Of a DNA stretch of 64,000 nt, positions 1 to 10,674 are shown in pieces. The position numbers and the translations under genes are program-made. The stretch covers positions 15,659 to 79,658 of the forward strand of contig MCFE01000412.1 in assembly GCA_002104905.1 (NCBI GenBank), in the 5' to 3' direction. The notes beneath the pieces are model-generated. The model saw nothing but the letters and a program-made list of their open reading frames with translations. It was not told the DNA's origin and ran no database searches. This DNA comes from Basidiobolus meristosporus CBS 931.73 (lineage: Eukaryota; Fungi; Basidiobolomycota). The number at the start of each line of letters is the position of its first letter. Position 1 is the first letter of the stretch.

Positions 1-1262
1 GTGAGCCTATTCTATGTGTTTGTAATGCCAAGACCATGTAAATGCATAAACACTACTTTTTCATTCAATAGATTGTTCAGTGAAAACCACACAATCTACT
101 TGTTCTCCCAATAACTTCCAATATCTCCAAGACTCTTACAACAGGTTGTGAGCCCCAAGCTGTCACTCTCTGCAATGTCCACTGCTGCTATCATTGGAAA
201 TATTCCCTCTGCTGAAAAGTTGGATGGATCTAATTACCAATGGTGGAAGGTGAAGATGAAGATGCTGCTACAAGTGAGAGTCCATTGGGATATTGTCATG
301 GGAGAATAATGCCCTCCTAAAGACATGGGAGAGGAAGCCTTAAAATACCAGAAGAAAGAACAAAGTGCCTTAAACTGCATTTGCCTTAATGTTAAAGACC
401 AATTGCTAATTCAATGCTCAAGAGCAAAAATGGCTAAGAATGCCGGGAAGGCATTAGAAGACAAGTATCAGTCATGTTCAGCTGCTAAGGAAGTGTATCT
501 TAGACAAAAATCCTTTGCTACAAAGATGTTGCCAGGAGAATAAATGAGAAACTTAATTAACAGAATTACCCTGCTGGTGGATGATATGGAATATGTGAGT
601 GTACCAACTACTGATGAGGATGGGATAGTAACCATCCTGAATAGCCTGAGAGACAAGTATCAGGGCCTTGTATCACCCCTTGAGTCAAGAGCTGAAGAGC
701 AGACCTTAAATTATGTACATGGAAGGCTCTGGGTTGAAGAATTAAAAAATCAATCACTAATAAGGAAGAATAAAATGCTATAATAAGCAATGATCACCAA
801 CAAAGGAGACACTCAAGACCTTTCAAAGGCAAAAGCAACCTGCTTTGTAACTACTGCAAAAGGAAAGGACACATCAGACCGGTACTTCAAAAAAAGAGAT
901 AGTCAGCAGAAAAAGCCTGAATATGGAAATGCTGCAACAACTGAAAACAGACTATTCATATCTGCAATGAATATGACCATAAACAAGGATTCTCAGATGT
1001 GGTATATTGACTCTGGAGCATCTTAACACTTTACACACTAAAAAGAACTTTTTACCCAATATGAAGAAATTCCCATTAAGAAGGTTTTCATGGGTGACAA
1101 TAGAACACTTGATGCAGTGGGAGAAGGAACTATCCAAGTAAATTTTAAAGATCATTTAAAAGTATAAATACCACTTTTATATTCAATGAATCAATTAGGG
1201 AAAACCACATAGTCTACTTGTTCTCCCAAATCACTTCCAATATCTCCAGGACTCTTATAATA
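1..1262 (+). mobile_element. Internally deleted, decayed Ty1/copia LTR retrotransposon (5' LTR end, PBS, gag, protease, partial 3' LTR)
   Basis: LTR end ...TTACAACA at 143, then PBS GGTTGTGAGCCCC (144-156). Broken gag reads KLDGSNYQWWKVKMKMLL, a UBN2-like segment, and knuckle CNYCKRKGH (about 845-870). Protease WYIDSGAS lies at about 1000. Bases 1156-1262 repeat the 3' part of the LTR. Homologous to 53575-54612. Confidence 0.8.
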
Positions 1263-2713
1263 GGAAAAAGTGTAGTACTACTCAAGAAGCACTCAGTCAA
1301 AGTAGCAGTGAAGTACCTGACAGTGATAACAATCAGTGGCTTTCTCAGGAGCCTGTCACAACTACAGCTGAGAGCCTGAAACAAGCAGTATAGAAATGTC
1401 AAGTTGCCAGGAGAGTGCCAGCAAGAGACAAGCAGGCCATAACAGATGCATCAGAGCAGAATTCATTAAGGAGAAAATGTAGTTCATTACAAGAGGCACT
1501 CAGACAAAGTAGCAGTGAAAGACCTGGCAGTGATAAAGGGAAAGGGAAAAATGTCTACCCAAGCCTGAGACAGGGAAGCATACAAAAAAAAAGGTAGATG
1601 AGTTTGCAGAGAAAGGCAACTTGTCTACCACAGCTCCACATCCTCCATTGTTGACAGAGTGGAGATCCCACTGACAGACAAGGCTACAACATCAAGAACT
1701 CAAAAGACTATTACAATGCCTTCAGTGGAATTTTGGAGCATTAATAGGCACACCAAGAGGTTGCAGCACTTCTTTGAGAGCAGTGCTCAGGAAAAAGCAC
1801 ATGAATATTGCAAGGACTTATTACAAAGACTGGCAGATGAGGAGCTAGACCTTACAGTGCCAGCTGAAGACCAAGATGTGTGGGAACCAGTGAATGAACA
1901 GTGGCATAAAGCTGTTGGGTTCCCATTGGAGTCATGGGAACAGAGTGTTAGAGCAGAAATACTTATTGAGTGGTGGATTTTAATGGAGTTACTTGTTGAG
2001 TGTGGGGTTGGGCTTAGTGTTAGTCTTTGGTATAGGGACTTGTATTGGTTTATACAATTGGCAATTGAGGTACAACTGAAGTTTCAACAGAAATCAATCA
2101 ATTTGTACACAAAAAAAAGTAAGAGAAATGGTTGAGTCAGGAAGTAAGGAGCATGAAAAAGAGGCAATAGCCAATCAATGTACACATGCATAGGAGGTGC
2201 TCAAATGTCTGGGATCCAAAAGTGGGCAAATTGGCAAGGAATCAATCAAAAGCCACTTATGTGTTGTTGTGATGAAAAATTTTGACCAAGTTTTTTGTGA
2301 AATCTGGGGTGCAATTTTGCTTAGTGGTCTCTGAATGATGACCAAATGGCATCAATACCTCTTAGTTATGGAATTTAGGTTTTGTCACAGCCTTTTAATG
2401 CATGCATTGTAGTCAGTTATCATTTGTGTGCATTATCAACTTGGCTCTTCTCTCAACTTTAACCAACCTGACTTCAGCACAACCCCAGCTCCTGGTGCAA
2501 AAATGACAGAGGAAATGATTTTGGTAGGTACTTTGTGGATCCAAGTGGGCTTGTTAGTTCATCTACCAGTCAATAATGTGCTATTTTGGCCAGGAAAGCA
2601 TCATGTTTCTGTCAATATTAGAAATGGGGGTTTAAGGACCTGCAGTTCTTTCATGTTAGATCATTAACTAATGCAACTCATCAGAAATATGGCACAAAGA
2701 GAATATTGTAGTA

Positions 2714-3048
2714 TGTTGTAAGAGTCTTAGAGATATCAAAGTGATTGGTAGATTAAGTAGATTTTGCTGTTTCACTTGGTAATTTATTCAGCATAAAAGT
2801 AGTCTATTTACTTCTGCATGGTTTTGGCAAAGCAAATTTGTAGAATATATCTAGGAAGGTCTCAAGAGTATATGTGCAATGTTTGGAAATTCTTGAGAAT
2901 GTTTTTGTTCTGCATACATGATATTTTGGTGGAAATATTTTAATTAAATGCCAATAAGGAATTTGGCTAGAATTCTCCAAGATTTGTGTACATTGATTGA
3001 AGTGACCCAGTTAGGTGAATATTTAGGTGTAAATACAAATTTACAACA
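2714..3048 (-). mobile_element. Solo LTR of the same copia family, inverted
   Basis: Begins TGTTGTAAGAGTC (2714) and ends TTACAACA (3048). It aligns by eye along its whole length with the reverse complement of LTR 53575-53924. No adjacent PBS; TSD not recognisable. Confidence 0.75.
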
Positions 3049-3822
3049 TAATGTGGCTAACAACATCTAACCCTGATACCACCATGATACCATCATGTGT
3101 TAAACAACACTTTGACAATTAAGAATGTCTGAGTGGAAACCATATAATTGGTATGCTCTACCAGCCACTTCCAATATCTTCCATTCTCCTATAACATATT
3201 GAAAATGCATATATATGCAGGACACTGATTAGTAAGGGCTTTTGTCTAAGGTGTGAAGCTGACTTGCAATGAAATATATTGATACAGAAATATATCCCTT
3301 GGCTGGAATACTGCAGTTTGGCTTTGGTGGCCATGTGGAATCTTCATACTGTGGTCAGTCCATTCCATATGCAAAGCTTGAAGTGTGGCCACATGGTATC
3401 TCACAGGTTCAAAGCAATTGTAGTATTCTAGTTGCCAGAGGATACCTCAAGAGATATTGGGGATACCAGCAAAACTACGGAGAAACATCCAAGCTTGATA
3501 TATTCAAACAGAAATGGACCCCAATCAAGGTAGCCTAGTCCGCATGCGGTTAAAGAATCGATACAAATGTGTGGATGGTTGGCACATGACAGTGGTGCTT
3601 CTCCCAGACATATTACTACTACATCCATCCATTGGGCCGGATTCATGGGTAGGGGGTTTGTTCGGCAGGCTCCGTGATCCAAACCGAATTTTGATCACCA
3701 CCTGCGGTGGGAAAGGTGTGACACCTGTGTCCACGTGACCCGAGGGAGGATTCATGACCAGGAAATAAACAAACGGTTTGAAGAAGGAAACCACGTAGCC
3801 AACCCGAAAGAATCGACCAACC

Positions 3823-6256
3823 ATGTCCAAAGAGTTAACGATGTACATATTGGACGTCGGCCCAGGCATGTGGAAAGACGGGGACCTTGGGAAGTCCTCG
3901 TACCTGAGCAAGGCGTCGGAGATCTTGGAGCTCATGCTGCACCCCAAGGTACCCACACCAAGAGAAGTTTGAGGAGTGAGCGACGGGGCTCACCCCGGTC
4001 CTAACCCAGACCTAGCTAACCTGGTTTCTTATGGAACTACCATAGCTGTGCCACCCGAAGAAGAGCGAGGAGGTGGCGTTCGTGGTGTTCGGAAGCGATG
4101 GTAATTTTTCTGCCGAGGGGGCTGGCAGTGCATGTTGGGTGGTGTTGACTGAGCACGAAGGTGATCCTTACACTTTCTTGGATTTTTTTACGTGTAGAGA
4201 CGGACAATATTCTGGCGTTTAACGACGAGTACCAGCACGTTTCCGTCCTAAGGGAACCGAAGAACGTCGACCTGGAGCTTCTACTTATGATGACCTCCCA
4301 GCTGGCCAAGGGGAACGCCGAGGCGGATGGTAGGTCCACCGGTCACCACCTTTCGGGAAACCACTTCACCAAGCTAACTTGAGCCTGTCGGTACGTCGGA
4401 CGGTAGCACTGGATGCGATAATCGTAGGGATCGACATGATGCAACAGCACTGTAACCAAAGACGATACACCAAGCGCATGGTACTCCTGACGAGCGCCGA
4501 ATCACCCATCAACTTTGCCGACGCTGAGGATGTATCGAACCAATTGATCCAAGACGGGATTGACCTCTACGTCGTGTAAGTGCACTCCTACTCATCCCGC
4601 CAAGCCGTCCGCTAACCTCTCCCTTGGAACAGCGGGGCCGGGTTCGATCTGGAACAGAAGTCGAAAACCAAGGTACGCGCTGAGAGTGGAATCCTCCCCC
4701 ACGGAACATCCCATTGACTCGTCGTTTCTCAGTCACTCAACGAACGCTTCCTGAGGACCCTGGTGAGCCGGGTGAGCGGGAAGCTATTCACCATGCCCGA
4801 GGCGCTGGAGATACTCTCCGAATTCCAGACGAAAACGGTCCGCCCCACCGCTAGCTTCCGGGGGCACCTATACTTGGGGGATCCAAGCGTGTATCCTGAC
4901 ACGGCGATGGAGATCCCGGTGGTTGGGTACACCCGCACCACCCCCTTGGCCATCCCCAGCGCCAAGAAATGGTCCACGTTGGCCGAGGTGGCAGCGAACG
5001 ACCAAGGCAAAACCCACGAGGTCAGCGTTGGTCGCACTCATCAGATGGTGGATCAAGGCTCAGAAGTGGCTTACCAGGATCTGGAAAAAGCCTATTTCTA
5101 CGGGCGAACCCTGGTCCCCTTGAAGAAGGCAGACGAGGAGATGTTGGCATTGCCCGCGCAGAAAGGGCTATTTATCCTGGGGTTCTTCGAGGCAAGGGAG
5201 TTCCGTCGCGAATGGGAAGCATCCAATGTGATGACCTTCGCTGCGGCCCCAAAGAACCCCCATGCGAGCGTGGGATTATCGGCATTGATTCACGCGATGT
5301 ACGAAAAAGATGCCTACGCCCTGGTCAGGTATTGCCGTACCGAGAACGGGATAGTGAAGCTAGGCGTACTGAAGCCCCACATCAAGGCCGAATACGAGTG
5401 CCTGTACTATGTCAAGGTAAGCAGCGACACGGCCCCTCGGGTGCCTCACCGACCCGACTGACATCATCCCTCCAGGTCCCTTTTGCGGAAGATATCAAGC
5501 GGGTCACTTTTCCTTCGCTGGAGTCTCTTGGCAAGAAATCCTACCCGTCACAGGAGATGTTGTCTCGCACTCAAGCGTTTATCGAGTCTATGAGTCTCAT
5601 GGATGCTGGCATCAACGACGAAGGGTAACCCTGAGCGCTTCTTTTGCCGCCCGATTCCCCTCTAACCCCCATCTCTAGTAAACCTAAGGAAGCCTTCAGA
5701 CCGAAGGAGATGTACAACCCCGTCTACCAACGATTGTTCCAGTGTGTACGCTCACGGGCGGTGAACCAGGAGGCCCCTCTACCCGAGTTGAATCCGGCGG
5801 TGCTAAAACAATTCGAAATCCCCGATTTGCTGCGGGAACGAAGCCAAGAGGCTGCCGAAGGGCTTAGGAAGGTCTTCAAAGTACAAAAAGGTAGACCTTA
5901 CGGGGCTGATTTTTCGTCGTCACCTGATACTAATCTTCAGGTTTACAGTGGAGCCGACCAAGCGGTGGAAGCCCGAGGAAGCCCCGCCAGCACCAACCAC
6001 CACAGTGGACGAGATTCTTGAGAAAGATGATTTCCCGGACGAGGTGCTTGAGAAAGATGATTTCCCGGACGAGGTGCTTGAGAAAGATGATTTCCCGGAC
6101 GAGGTGCTTGAGAAAGATGATTTCCCGGACGAGGTGCTCGAGAACGAGGATTTCCCGGACGAGGAGCCTGAGAAAGATGATTTCCCAGACGAGGTGCTTG
6201 AGAAAGAGGATTTTCCGGACGAGATGGTTGAGAAAGATGATTTCCTGTTTGTATAG
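3823..6256 (+). CDS. KU80: Ku80 (ATP-dependent DNA helicase II subunit 2), multi-exon, with an atypical acidic repeat C-terminus
   Basis: Exons assembled by eye: MSKELTMYILDVGPGM (3823-3948), KSEEVAFVVFGSD (4046-4100), ALDAIIVGIDMM..KRMVLLT, RPTASFRGHLYLGD, YFYGRTLVP, LSALIHAMYEKDAYALVRY, VPFAEDIK, YNPVYQRLFQ. These match the Ku80 vWA and core motifs. Confidence 0.9.
6008..6247 (+). repeat. Coding tandem repeat, 8 x 30 bp, encoding (DEVLEKDDFP)n
   Basis: Units such as GACGAGGTGCTTGAGAAAGATGATTTCCCG start at 6008, 6038, 6068, 6098, 6128, 6158, 6188 and 6218. Confidence 0.95.
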
Positions 6257-6523
6257 TAGCCGACGGTTGTAGCAGACGATTCCTGGACGGCCATTGTTAT
6301 GTTTGTACCATCTAAATAAACGCAACCATTCTCAGAGGGATTGGATCACAGGGGGGATTTCCCAATAAGGTTACTCGCCGATGGCTCACCTCTGATCGGA
6401 CTCCCCTAAAATCACGCATGTGATGGCGAGTAGGAAGGAAAATCTGGCCTATATCATGAGATCCATGAGATACCCAGATTTGTGTGAGTTTACTTTCAAC
6501 CTGGCCGTTCCAACGAGTAAAGA

Positions 6524-8266
6524 ATGGAAAGTGATTCGGAATTTACGGATGCCCCAGAGTTCATTCCAGCCTCCCCTTCCAACAAGGTGACCTCGGTCCC
6601 ATCTGAGTCCTCATCCATGGAGAGTGCTCCTGCAACCAAAACCACCCACCCCGCCTCCCCCAGACTCGAACACGTCGACTTTGCCGACGACCCACCGCAG
6701 AATGGGCACCAGACAGAGACGCCACAGGTGGTCAATGGGGAGGTCGAACCCAGCGTCAACCTCATTGATTTTGACTTTGGTTCGTCCGAGAAGGTGGCCT
6801 TCCCTGAAGGGAGTCTCTGTGAAAATCGCTCACCCCCGAAGGCGTATGAAAGTTTCGATCCCTTCTCAGGGGCCGGCTTGACACGGACCGACTCGAGCTC
6901 TACCAAATTCAGTCAGAAGGATATCCTTTCCGAGTTCGATGACCTTCACCTAGGCCAGGAATTGGACACGAAGGAACTTGCTGGAGAGTTCGGGGGCTTT
7001 GGCAGCCAAGGAGACCTCCTGGGGTTGTCTTCCGAGGTTTCCGGTTTCAAACCAGCCACGTCGGAGTGGCCTACTGAGCCCCAAACCTCAGACGATTTCG
7101 GGTTGTCGCCTCAAGATTCATCAGAAACGTCTCTAGAAGAAGACCAGCCTGTTGGCGGCGAACCTCCCAAACAAGAACCCTTATACGACGATGTAGAACC
7201 TGAAATTGTGGCTGAGGAGCCGGGCCCTCCCCAAGAGGACGAATTCAACGGCTTTGCGGATGACATGGACCACGCCCCTGACGCATTCGACGACTTCGAT
7301 GACGATTTCGCACCCATGAGTCAGGCGAATGGGGACGCGGACTTCGGGGACGACTTCGACGACGACTTCGCTCCGATGAACCAGGCGCCGGATGGGGACC
7401 AGGATTTCGGGGATGACTTTGACGACTTTGCAGAGGCGGAGCCTGTGAAGGACAACCTCTTGGTATGAACCGTTTGCACTTTGGAATCCGCCATCGCGGG
7501 CTAGTTTCTAACCGTCTATATGTAGTCTGGACTGGTATTCAACGACCCGGAGATGGCCAAGGAGGGGGTGGCCAAGATACTGGCCGATGTTTACCCCGTG
7601 TCGAGCGAGCGGGACCATGCCTCGGCGAATACTGGCACAAGGCCATGGTACGTGCGAGAAAGTTGTAGTTGTCAGCCGGAGGGAATATTAACTTGCGTGT
7701 AGCTACAGGCCATGGGACGCTCTCCTTGGGCCGAGCCCTCAGGGGTCGTTCAAATGGGTTCGCTCTCAGATACGTCGGGATTTTCTGATATCACTCAACA
7801 TCCCCATCAATCTGGACGAGGTACAGTTTGCCACAGGCAGCCTTCCCTCCACTCCCCCTATATACTGACCCCATCTAGATTTACACACGACGGGCCTCCG
7901 TCCTGAAGATCGATTCCCCAGCGGTACTCCCCGGAAGCGGGCCTATCGACGAGTTCGACATCGCCATGGCCAGATCGCTGTGCAATCTGTCGGAAGGTTG
8001 GCTTTCCGCTCGCCCCCAACTTTGCCATTTGATCCTAATCTGTTGCTCTAGAAACCATACGGAACTACCCGGCCAACGACCTCACCTCCCTATTGGATCA
8101 GCTGACCTCACTCTCCAAGCAAACCAACGCGTACTTCGAGTTCTGGGTCAAGCAGCATGAGAAGGTCAAAGCGGAAGCGGAGGCGATCCACAAGACGATC
8201 GAGTGCATGGTGAGCCACGCACAGAAGAACCGCGAGAAGCAGTCGGGCGAATCGAAATGTAGATAG
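6524..8266 (+). CDS. Laa2/YBL010C-like (DUF5102) AP-1 accessory protein, multi-exon
   Basis: Acidic N-terminus with repeated DFGDDF/FDDF adaptin-ear-type motifs. Downstream exons read QIRRDFLISLNIPINLDE (about 7770-7820) and NAYFEFWVKQHEKVKAEAEAIHKTIECMVSHAQK, with stop at 8264-8266. Family assigned from recalled motifs. Confidence 0.65.
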
Positions 8267-8811
8267 CGTTGCGAGTGGACTTGTTTTGTAGAACCTCGAC
8301 TCACGCGGATCGTTGGTATTTTTAGGGTTCAAGAAACGCATCTCCGGTATTTCCAAGGCCACGTCGCCCAGAAACTCGGCCTCGATCGATGTTGCCCGGA
8401 GAAGGCTCTCCATGTGAACAGCACCCATCTTGCTCTTGCTCTTGCACCTGCACCTGCACCTGCACCCACACCCGTTCCATCCTCCACCCTTTCGCCACCT
8501 CCTGTAGATTGCCTTTCTTCGCTCGCCACCCATTCTATTTAAATAGTCTACCTACATATACTACAAAGGAACTTTCTCTTTTCATCTAATAAACATAGAT
8601 AGCTCAGTATCCTAGATCCAGGTACGGATGATTCCGGAATCAGCCAGGGGATGGGGTTCCTATGACTAAGCAGGTAGATCCGCATTAATAATCCAAGGGC
8701 GCCGCAATCCGAACGAAAAATTCTAAATCATCACATGGGCTGGTTTGGAGCGCAGACATTGCGCTTATTTGAAGGTTAGGGAGCCCACCACCCACCCAGC
8801 GTACTTTCACC

Positions 8812-10221
8812 ATGACGTCCCGCGTACTACTACCCAAGGCGCTTAAGCCACTCATCCCGTTCGCCCCAACCCTCAAGGCCACCAGGACCCTACCCATTCT
8901 TCACCAGCGGTTCGGGACGGTCACCGAGGCGCCCAGAACCCGCATCTCCAAGTTGGCCAACGGGTTCACGGTGGCCACCGAGTCCATCCCCACCGCCAAA
9001 ACGGCTACGGTCGGGGTCTGGATCGACGCGGGAAGTCGAGCGGAGAACTCCAAGAACAACGGTACCGCCCACTTCCTTGAACACATGGCGTTCAAGGGGA
9101 CCAAGAGACGCACCCAGCGGGAGCTGGAGGTGATGATCGAAAACATGGGAGGCCATCTGAATGCGTACACCTCGCGCGAGCAGACGGTGTACTACGCCAA
9201 AACCTTCAAGTCGGATCTTCCAGCTGCGGTGGACATCCTGTCGGACATCCTTTTGAACTCCACCTTGAACCCTGGTGCGGTGGAGAGGGAACGGGACGTG
9301 ATCGTTAGAGAGCAGGAGGAGGTCGACAAGATCATGGAGGAAGTGGTGTTCGACCACCTGCACGCCACCGCCTTCCAGGAGCACTCACTTGGTAGAACCA
9401 TCCTTGGGCCGAAGGAGAACATATTGTCTATCAAGAGGGATGACCTGGTGAACTACATCACCACCAACTACAAGGCGGACCGTATGGTGTTGGTGGGAGC
9501 GGGTGGGGTGGACCACGAGGAGCTTGTCTCCCTCGCCGAAAAGCATTTCTCCCTGCTTCCTAGCTCGGATGGGCCTCGACCCGAGTCGAAGAGACCCAAG
9601 TTCGTCGGCTCCGAGATCAAGCTCACCGACAACACCGCCTCACAAGCTCATATCGCACTTGCAGTGGAGGGGGTCGGTTGGTCCTCCCCAGACTACTACC
9701 CCATGTTGATCTTGCAGTCGATCATCGGCAACTGGGATAGGGCATTCAGCACACCCTCTGGATCCTCCTTCCGCCTTTCCTCGGTGGTTGCCGCCAAGCA
9801 GCTAGCGAACTCATTCATGTCCTTCAACACCTCCTACTCGGACACCGGCCTGTTCGGCATCTACATGATCTCGGAGAACAAGGATAAACTCGACGAGTTG
9901 GTGTTCACCGCCCAGAAGGAGTGGGCCCGTCTTAGCGTCACCGTTACCGACGCCGAGGTGGAGCGTGCCAAGCAACAACTCAAAGCGGCCCTTCTGCTCA
10001 ACCTCGACGGCAGTACGGCCATTGCCGAGGATATCGGCAGACAGATGATCACCATGAGCAAGAGAGTGGAGCCGAAGGAGGTGGAGGCCACCATCAACAG
10101 CATCACAGGGGACGACGTTCGTCGCATCGCTCAGCAGTATCTCTACGATCGTGACATAGCCGTTGTCGGCCTGGGACCGGTTGACAAGCTGCCGGAGTAT
10201 AGTCAGATCCGTATCAATTAA
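8812..10221 (+). CDS. MAS1: Mitochondrial processing peptidase beta subunit (M16 family), intronless
   Basis: Presequence-like N-terminus; TATVGVWIDAGSRAE; intact HFLEH zinc motif; LNAYTSREQTVYY; EVVFDHLHATAF. Confidence 0.95.
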   Translation: MTSRVLLPKALKPLIPFAPTLKATRTLPILHQRFGTVTEAPRTRISKLANGFTVATESIPTAKTATVGVWIDAGSRAENSKNNGTAHFLEHMAFKGTKRRTQRELEVMIENMGGHLNAYTSREQTVYYAKTFKSDLPAAVDILSDILLNSTLNPGAVERERDVIVREQEEVDKIMEEVVFDHLHATAFQEHSLGRTILGPKENILSIKRDDLVNYITTNYKADRMVLVGAGGVDHEELVSLAEKHFSLLPSSDGPRPESKRPKFVGSEIKLTDNTASQAHIALAVEGVGWSSPDYYPMLILQSIIGNWDRAFSTPSGSSFRLSSVVAAKQLANSFMSFNTSYSDTGLFGIYMISENKDKLDELVFTAQKEWARLSVTVTDAEVERAKQQLKAALLLNLDGSTAIAEDIGRQMITMSKRVEPKEVEATINSITGDDVRRIAQQYLYDRDIAVVGLGPVDKLPEYSQIRIN

Positions 10222-10674
10222 CCAGTGTACAGAACACACTCGCACTTGCACCCACACCCACACCCACATTCATGCACCCACACACATACACCCTTAACAT
10301 CTGCTCCAAACTCTATTACCAATAAACAAAGGAAACAACGAATTTGGATGAAGGATTTATTCAGTCAGGGTAGTCTAAAGGTACACAGGTCATAGTAATC
10401 ATCCGGATTCGGTGGTTAAGAGATAAAAGATGGCGTTCGAGGCGAACGGACGGACGCACCGACCAAGCTATGGGACAAAATTATATAGCGTAAAATAAAG
10501 CGTAAGATAAAGCGTGAGTATAGGTATATGTTGGCCAATGAGAAGAAACAAAAACTCGGGTAGGACGTCGCTTAGGTGGCAGGCGGTGAGGTGGTGAGTT
10601 GAGGCGTGGGTTAGGTTGGGTTGGGTTGGGTTAAGGATGCAATACCAAATGCTCTGTGTTCTATATTGGCGAGA

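Noticed and set aside
3525-3956. 143-aa minus-strand ORF and overlapping + ORFs 3514-3738 and 3735-4004
   Set aside because: Antisense or off-frame shadows of Ku80 exon 1 (real frame starts at ATG 3823) and its promoter.
5930-6325. Repetitive ORFs in other frames (SSTSSGKSSF, LVREIIFLKH, RTRCLRKMIS)
   Set aside because: Alternative readings of the same 30-bp repeat. The array has no spacers, so it is not CRISPR-like.
8425-8472. TGCACC/CACACC hexamer runs here and at about 10241-10292, flanking intronless MAS1 (retrocopy idea)
   Set aside because: Simple 3'-UTR microsatellites; no poly(A) or TSD, and other genes here also have very long or single exons.
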